Assembly (NCBI GenBank): GCA_043778225.1
Contig: JAYWGM010000002.1
Span: 1-55,939, forward strand
Length of the DNA stretch: 55,939 nucleotides
Source of the DNA: Deinococcales bacterium
GTDB taxonomy: Bacteria > Deinococcota > Deinococci > Deinococcales > JAAFIG01
Direction: 5' to 3'
Shown here: in pieces, positions 50,909 to 55,939 of the stretch
Position numbering within the stretch: position 1 is the first letter of the stretch
Layout: every line of letters starts with the position of its first letter
Notes under the pieces: generated by a model
Told to the model about the DNA's origin: nothing
The model's input: only the letters and a program-made list of their open reading frames with translations
The model's database searches: none
Made by a program: the position numbers and the translations under genes

Positions 50909-50993
50909 TGGTGCGAGAAGCGGGACTTGAACCCGCACACCTTACGGCACTGGATCCTAAGTCCAGGGCGTCTACCAATTCCGCCATCCTCGC
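50909..50993 (-). tRNA. tRNA-Leu(TAG)
   Basis: GCGAGGATGGCGGAATTGGTAGACG...CTGGA-CTTAGGA-TCCAG...GGTTCAAGTCC...CACCA. Confidence 0.97.
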
Positions 50994-51070
50994 ATTAAGC
51001 GGCAAAGAGCCTACTATAAGAAGCGCCAAGTTGCAATAAAAAACCCCGAGAAGTTATCCCGAGGACTTTT

Positions 51071-51147
51071 TGGGGTAGGCGACGGGATTTGAACCCGCGA
51101 CCTCCGCTGCCACAGAGCGGCGCTCTAACCGGCTGAGCTACGCCCAC
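51071..51147 (-). tRNA. tRNA-His(GTG)
   Basis: GTGGGCGTAGCTCAG...CCGCT-CTGTGGC-AGCGG...GGTTCAAATCC...CCCA. Confidence 0.97.
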
Positions 51148-51171
51148 CACAAACCCTCTCGGGCGAAAAGA

Positions 51172-51200
51172 AGTGTAAACGTGTAAAGGCATTGTGTCAA
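51172..51200 (-). promoter_or_regulatory. tRNA-His promoter
   Basis: TTGACA-N17-TACACT. Confidence 0.8.
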
Positions 51201-51203
51201 GAC

Positions 51204-52400
51204 TCAAATGGTGGTGAGCGCGGCGCTGATTTCTTCAAGAATATCGGCTGGGTCTTCGATGCCGACCGATAAACGCAACAAACCATCGGTCACACCAATT
51301 TTGGCTCGAGCTTCGTGGCTTAAAGCACGGTGGCTGGTGGCAACAGGATACGACAGGGTACTCGAGACATCAGCCAAGCTAGGCGCAAGTGGAATGGCGT
51401 GGCTGATGGCTTTTACAAAATTTGAAGCCGCCGCGTAACCGCCGTGCAGTTCAAATGCCATCATCCCACCAAAACCATGACTAAACAGTTCTCGAGCCAA
51501 GTGGTGTTGACTGTGGCTGACCAAGCCCGGGTAATCCACACGGCTGACTTTGGGATGTGCCTCGAGAAACTGGGCAACCGCCAAGGCATTGCTGCTGTGG
51601 CGCTGCATTCGTAGCTCAAGGGTTTTTGCCCCCATCAGGGCTAACCACGAGTCAAAGGCGGCGATTGTGCCACCAAAGCGCAGCAGCGCGGCTCGAGCCG
51701 CTTGTAGTATGTCGGTGTTGCCCATGATTGCGCCACCCATGACCGCGCCATGTCCGCCAATGTACTTGGCAAGGCTGTGAACCACCACATCTGCGCCATG
51801 CTCGAGCGGACGCAACAGGGCTGGACTGGCAAAGGTATTGTCCACACAAACAGTAGCGCCCTTGCTGTGTCCGAGTTTAGCTAAACGCCCGATGTCCGCC
51901 ACTCGCAAGGTCGGATTCGATAGGCTCTCGAGGTGCAGCCATTTGGTATTGGGCAAAAAAGCTGATTCAACCGCCGCTAAATCCTGAGCATCCACAAACG
52001 AGACTTCCAAACCAAAACGCGGTAAATCCAAAGTAAAAAGCGCAAATGTGCCACCATAGGCATTTTGGTCTGCCACGATGTGGTCGCCGCTTTTCAGGTT
52101 GCCAAGCAGCAATGCCGAAATCGCCGCCATCCCACTGCTCGAGACGGCGGCAGCTTGGGCAGCCTCGAGTTGTGCCAATAAAGTCTCGAGGGCGGTGGCA
52201 TTGGGGTGTCCGTTGCGATAATAAATATAGCCGGTTTCGCCTTGGTAAACCCGTTCTAAGTCTTCTAAACTCGAGAAGGCATAGACTGTTGCTTGATGAA
52301 TTGCTGGGTTAATTGGTTTGCCAAGCCCAATCTCAAGTTCTAATCCGGCTCGAGCCGCGAGGGTTGCTGGTTTCGTGTCAGCGAGGGCATCTGGTTTCAT
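51204..52400 (-). CDS. Trans-sulfuration PLP enzyme (MetB/MetC/methionine gamma-lyase family)
   Basis: Y.R.G.P, SSGMAAI, DNTF, HSLAKYIGGH, RLSVGIE; TATGCT-N6-ATG start at 52400. Confidence 0.9.
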   Translation of the reverse strand: MKPDALADTKPATLAARAGLELEIGLGKPINPAIHQATVYAFSSLEDLERVYQGETGYIYYRNGHPNATALETLLAQLEAAQAAAVSSSGMAAISALLLGNLKSGDHIVADQNAYGGTFALFTLDLPRFGLEVSFVDAQDLAAVESAFLPNTKWLHLESLSNPTLRVADIGRLAKLGHSKGATVCVDNTFASPALLRPLEHGADVVVHSLAKYIGGHGAVMGGAIMGNTDILQAARAALLRFGGTIAAFDSWLALMGAKTLELRMQRHSSNALAVAQFLEAHPKVSRVDYPGLVSHSQHHLARELFSHGFGGMMAFELHGGYAAASNFVKAISHAIPLAPSLADVSSTLSYPVATSHRALSHEARAKIGVTDGLLRLSVGIEDPADILEEISAALTTI

Positions 52401-52552
52401 GACTCGAGCATAGCGCAAAAACCAACTCATGAGGTTTTCATATTTAATTGTTGTTGGCTTAAAAAACTTCTCTTGGACAGCTTCTATGATGAATCTCACA
52501 GCAAAATGCGTATTTGCGGCTAGACTGGACTGGAAATACCTAAGGAGGTCTT

Positions 52553-53503
52553 ATGAAATTGTTACATTGGCTCGCAGTTGGAACGCTCGCTTTGGCTTTG
52601 GCATCGTGTGGTGGCACACCCATTCCTGCTAAGCCTTCAATCGCTGCAAAACCCACCACCAGCAATTTAGATGGGGCAACCGCCAATGCCAAAAAAGGCA
52701 AAATTCGGGAGCAAGCCAAAGGCATCAATACCCTGATGGGTTTTGGACGCACCTTAAAAGCCACAGGTTCTTTGTCGGATGCCCTGACCCAAGCGCTGCC
52801 CGAGTTATCGCAAGGACAAATCGCGGCGACCGTCAAGGGGCTAAATCTTGCCCAACGTTCTGGTCTACAAGCCCAAGCCACCTCAGCTTGTACAGGTGGT
52901 TCATTAGCCACCCCAATCAGCAACTCCACCGATGCCGATGGCGATGGTATTCCAGTTGAAATTTTGGCTGTTTTTACCAACTGTGGTCTTGGTTCTGGTG
53001 CGTCAAATCCTATCCTGAACGGCGCAATTTATATCAAAGACGGCAACGATAACAACGCCAACAGCAGCTATGGAATTATTATTGACCTGACCATCAGCAC
53101 GGGTTCGAGTTCGTTGAAACTTGGCTTAGGTGTGGATTATACCGCCCCAGCCACACCAACTGGAGCGCATGGATTTAATTTTGTGGTGCTGTTAAAATCG
53201 GTTGAAGCTGGAGTCACTTCCGAAGTTGGCGTATCATTTAATTCGACCTTCCAACCAACGGCTGGCAGCACAAATCCATACGGCAATGGCACTTTGAATT
53301 TTACCGGAACATACTCAGAAACCGAAGGCAGCGCCTCGTATGGATTTAACTTGACCGGCACAAATCTTGGCATCGTCACCACCTGTGATGACTTTAATGC
53401 TGGAACGCTGCGGGTTGCCGATACCAACAGTTCATTTTTAATCACTTACACAGGCTGCGGTAGCGGCACATACTCTGGTGATGCCACTGGCACATTCAGT
53501 TGA
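52553..53503 (+). CDS. Lipoprotein of unknown function
   Basis: LALASC lipobox, AAGGAGG RBS, DADGDG Ca-loop-like motif, beta-rich. Confidence 0.8.
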   Translation: MKLLHWLAVGTLALALASCGGTPIPAKPSIAAKPTTSNLDGATANAKKGKIREQAKGINTLMGFGRTLKATGSLSDALTQALPELSQGQIAATVKGLNLAQRSGLQAQATSACTGGSLATPISNSTDADGDGIPVEILAVFTNCGLGSGASNPILNGAIYIKDGNDNNANSSYGIIIDLTISTGSSSLKLGLGVDYTAPATPTGAHGFNFVVLLKSVEAGVTSEVGVSFNSTFQPTAGSTNPYGNGTLNFTGTYSETEGSASYGFNLTGTNLGIVTTCDDFNAGTLRVADTNSSFLITYTGCGSGTYSGDATGTFS

Positions 53504-53517
53504 ACTTAGTAAACCCG

Positions 53518-53543
53518 ATACCTCGAGTCTAGGCTCGAGGTAT
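53518..53543. terminator. Stem-loop between convergent genes
   Basis: ATACCTCGAG-N6-CTCGAGGTAT. Confidence 0.6.
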
Positions 53544-54803
53544 TTCTATGCTGGCTTGTAAACCGTGTGGCAGGGCATTCTCGAGGTGCAAAACCCCGCC
53601 GTGGGCTTGGGCGATTCTGTCCACCACCGCTAAACCTAAGCCACTGCCATAGGCTTTTGTGCCGGGCGCACGGTAAAAGGCTTCTCGAGCGCGAGCGAGG
53701 GCTTCGGGGGTCATGCCGTTGCCGGTATCGGTCACGATTAACAGCACATTATCGGCTTGGGTCTCAAGTGCTAGGCTGATACTGGCATTTGGGGCGTGTT
53801 TACTGGCATTCTCCAGTAAGTTTTCTAAGGCGCGTTCAAGCAAAACGGGGTTGCCTGTCGTCAACAACTGGCTCGAGCCAATGTACTCCACTTGGCGTTT
53901 GGCAGCAATTTGGCTGCACAGCGCCGCCAAATCAAAAGTTAGCCTTTCGGTGCGACCTTCCCGAGCCAAAAGCAACAGCGCTTCGGAGAGTTTGGTCATC
54001 CGTTCGACTTGGTGGCGTGCCGTACTGAGGGCTTCGTCGGTGCTTGTCCAACCATTGGCTTGGGCATCGAGTTGGGCTTGCATCGCCGCCAGTGGGGTGC
54101 GGAGTTCGTGGGCAGCGGTGCGGGTAAAATCCACTTCGCGTTCACGGAAACCCTGTAACCGCTCGAGCATCTGATTAAAAGTTCGGCTTAAACGCTCAAG
54201 TTCGCCTTGTCCTTGGCTGTGCGGCACACGCTCGGCTAAATTGCCCGACTCCGCCACACGCTGTGAAGCCACAATTAACGCCTCGAGTGGTTTAACCGCC
54301 TGAGCGCTCAGCAACCAAGCCGCCAACGCCCCCAGACCCGCAAAAAGTGGCACAGTCAGCGCTAAGGTATTTAAGTAATTGGTGGCACTTTGGCGCTGCT
54401 GGGTTAAATCGGTAATCACCTCGAGCCTCGCGCCTTGCGGTAAATCCACGGCGACGGCTCGCCAAGTACCAACTGTCGAAAATCCCAACTTTGTAATCTC
54501 GAGCGTTGGCGGAAAAGTTGTGCCAAAGGTTTCTAGTACCGTTTGGTTTTGGCGGACTCGAGCAATCACCACCAAGTCGCTTTTAGGTCGTGGCGGACGA
54601 TTGCCAGTCCGTCCGCCGCCATCGCGCCCACCACCATCGCGGCGCGAGGGTCGGATTTGTTCCTCGAGAAAATTTTGCAAGGCTCGGTCAGCTTCGGCAA
54701 TCCCAAGGCGTTCAAAGCGCACATAGCCAACCGCACCTTGGGCAATCACGGCTAAGGCAATCAAAGCCGCAATCAGCAGTGCCAAGCGCCAGCGCAGACT
54801 CAT
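53529..54803 (-). CDS. HAMP-domain sensor histidine kinase
   Basis: AAHELRTPL, NLLENA, D.G.G, G.GLGL. Confidence 0.95.
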   Translation of the reverse strand: MSLRWRLALLIAALIALAVIAQGAVGYVRFERLGIAEADRALQNFLEEQIRPSRRDGGGRDGGGRTGNRPPRPKSDLVVIARVRQNQTVLETFGTTFPPTLEITKLGFSTVGTWRAVAVDLPQGARLEVITDLTQQRQSATNYLNTLALTVPLFAGLGALAAWLLSAQAVKPLEALIVASQRVAESGNLAERVPHSQGQGELERLSRTFNQMLERLQGFREREVDFTRTAAHELRTPLAAMQAQLDAQANGWTSTDEALSTARHQVERMTKLSEALLLLAREGRTERLTFDLAALCSQIAAKRQVEYIGSSQLLTTGNPVLLERALENLLENASKHAPNASISLALETQADNVLLIVTDTGNGMTPEALARAREAFYRAPGTKAYGSGLGLAVVDRIAQAHGGVLHLENALPHGLQASIEIPRA

Positions 54804-55459
54804 CTGATTCCTAATTGGTAGCCGTTTTTGGTGCTTCTCACGACTTCAGCCCCAAGTTTTTCACGCAAGCGATAAACCGTAACTTTGACCACACTGACCG
54901 AACTGGCAGCTTCGCCCCAGACAGCATCCAAAAGTTCTTCGGCGGCAAAAACCCGCGACGGCGACAAAACCAAACGCTCGAACAGGGCATATTCTCGAGG
55001 GCTTAAATCGGTGCGGATGCCTTCTTGTAGCACCTCTTGGCGGGTTAAATCCAGACTGATTTTGCCAAATTGCAAATGGCTGGTTCTGGCTTCGGTAGGA
55101 CGGCGCAACAAGGCTCGCACTCGAGCCAGTACCTCGAGCAGCAAAAAGGGTTTGACCACATAATCGTCGCCGCCACCGTCTAAGCCCTGTACGCGGTCGG
55201 AGAGCGCATCTCGAGCGGTTAAGAACAAAATACTGCCCATAAAGCCACTGGCTCGAGCTTCTTTGGCTAAAATAAAGCCACCGTCTTCGTATTCATGCAG
55301 GCGCACATCCAAAATCATCAGGTCGGGTTCGCGCTCGAGCAGTGCCTCACGTCCAGACTCGAGGTCGTGACAAACCACAACTTCCAAGCCCTGGGCTTTT
55401 AAGGCTCGAGACAACGGCGTGGCAATGTCTATTTCGTCTTCGACCAGTAAAACCCGCAT
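54800..55459 (-). CDS. OmpR-family response regulator
   Basis: LLVEDE, ILDV, LTARD, DDYVVKPF, wHTH. Confidence 0.95.
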   Translation of the reverse strand: MRVLLVEDEIDIATPLSRALKAQGLEVVVCHDLESGREALLEREPDLMILDVRLHEYEDGGFILAKEARASGFMGSILFLTARDALSDRVQGLDGGGDDYVVKPFLLLEVLARVRALLRRPTEARTSHLQFGKISLDLTRQEVLQEGIRTDLSPREYALFERLVLSPSRVFAAEELLDAVWGEAASSVSVVKVTVYRLREKLGAEVVRSTKNGYQLGIR

Positions 55460-55460
55460 A

Positions 55461-55498
55461 GGTAACAGTATGCCTCAAAACGGTAACGATGCGGTAAC
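55461..55498. promoter_or_regulatory. OmpR-type direct repeats
   Basis: CGGTAAC at 55481 and 55492 (11-bp period), GGTAAC at 55461. Confidence 0.5.
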
Positions 55499-55514
55499 AG
55501 TGTAGAATTGCGCC

Positions 55515-55769
55515 ATGACCCAAGTTGCACTTTCAAAAACCGCTTTAGCTGCCATAGACCAAATTCGCGCCCAGCGTGGTATTCGCACAAGGGCAAAAGC
55601 GCTCGAGGTGATTGCTGTAGAAGCGGCTGGTGCGGTTGAACACCCGCTCGAGACAAAAAAATGCGAAACGCAAAAACTGTTAAGCCAGATGCTTACGAGA
55701 TTGAACGAATCGAAGAATACCTTGAACGCGAACGCAACGGCACAAACAAAACATATCCCTTGGATATAG
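55515..55769 (+). CDS. Small ribbon-helix-helix-like protein
   Basis: TQVALSKTALAAIDQIRAQRGIRTRAKALE; TAGAAT-N6-ATG. Confidence 0.6.
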   Translation: MTQVALSKTALAAIDQIRAQRGIRTRAKALEVIAVEAAGAVEHPLETKKCETQKLLSQMLTRLNESKNTLNANATAQTKHIPWI

Positions 55770-55842
55770 CGCTTCAAATGGCGGCTGAACGGCGGCAAAA
55801 ACGTGCTTGACCCAAGATTTGCACCGTATCAAATAGAACTTA

Positions 55843-55939
55843 TACCAAATTAAGGTAAAGAATCGCTTTTTGATTCTTTACCCGACCAACGGGAGTATTA
55901 ACGATACCGAATTTAACGCGAGAACGGCAGTTTGCCGTT
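55843..55939. mobile_element. Second modular small repeat (truncated by window end)
   Basis: TTA|TACCAAATT-hairpin-CCCGACCAACGGGAGT-N9-ACCG... Confidence 0.7.

Noticed and set aside
50995..51207. 70-aa ORF
   Set aside because: Overlaps tRNA-His and its promoter
26..55798. Numerous short antisense or alternate-frame ORFs in the track
   Set aside because: Shadows of well-supported genes, with no motifs or translation signals

Overview
Chromosomal window from what looks like a Deinococcus-Thermus (Deinococcales-like) bacterium. This is inferred from gene content, many leaderless TANNNT-N6/7-ATG starts and SNR-like repeats. Most of the window is housekeeping and transport: an AGPS-like FAD oxidase, yqeK, livKHMGF, minDE, rluB, gltB, ffh, iolA/mmsA, an orphan C5 DNA methyltransferase, ROK repressor plus xylFHG, iscA, aroQ, GNATs, sugar permeases, tig, tRNA-Leu/His, a PLP trans-sulfuration enzyme and an OmpR-type two-component pair. 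Stand-out signals: (1) CTCGAG is hyper-iterated like a cyanobacterial HIP1 and is used in terminator stems, while GGCC and GRCGYC appear avoided. (2) An about 7.5 kb polymorphic-toxin cassette array (3039-10582) holds three toxin/immunity pairs, including a Hint-released H-Y-E ADP-ribosyltransferase. They are linked by a repeated Pro/Ser/Thr stalk that follows an interrupted Rhs/YD fragment, and the array also carries two small insertion elements and an unannotated type-I-toxin-like gene. (3) Two tandem paralogues have an HPD-less J-like domain, one TM, different stalks and a shared unknown C-terminal domain. (4) An NrtR-led NADAR/ADP-ribosylhydrolase/PnuC/NadR operon. All calls were made by eye; no searches were run.
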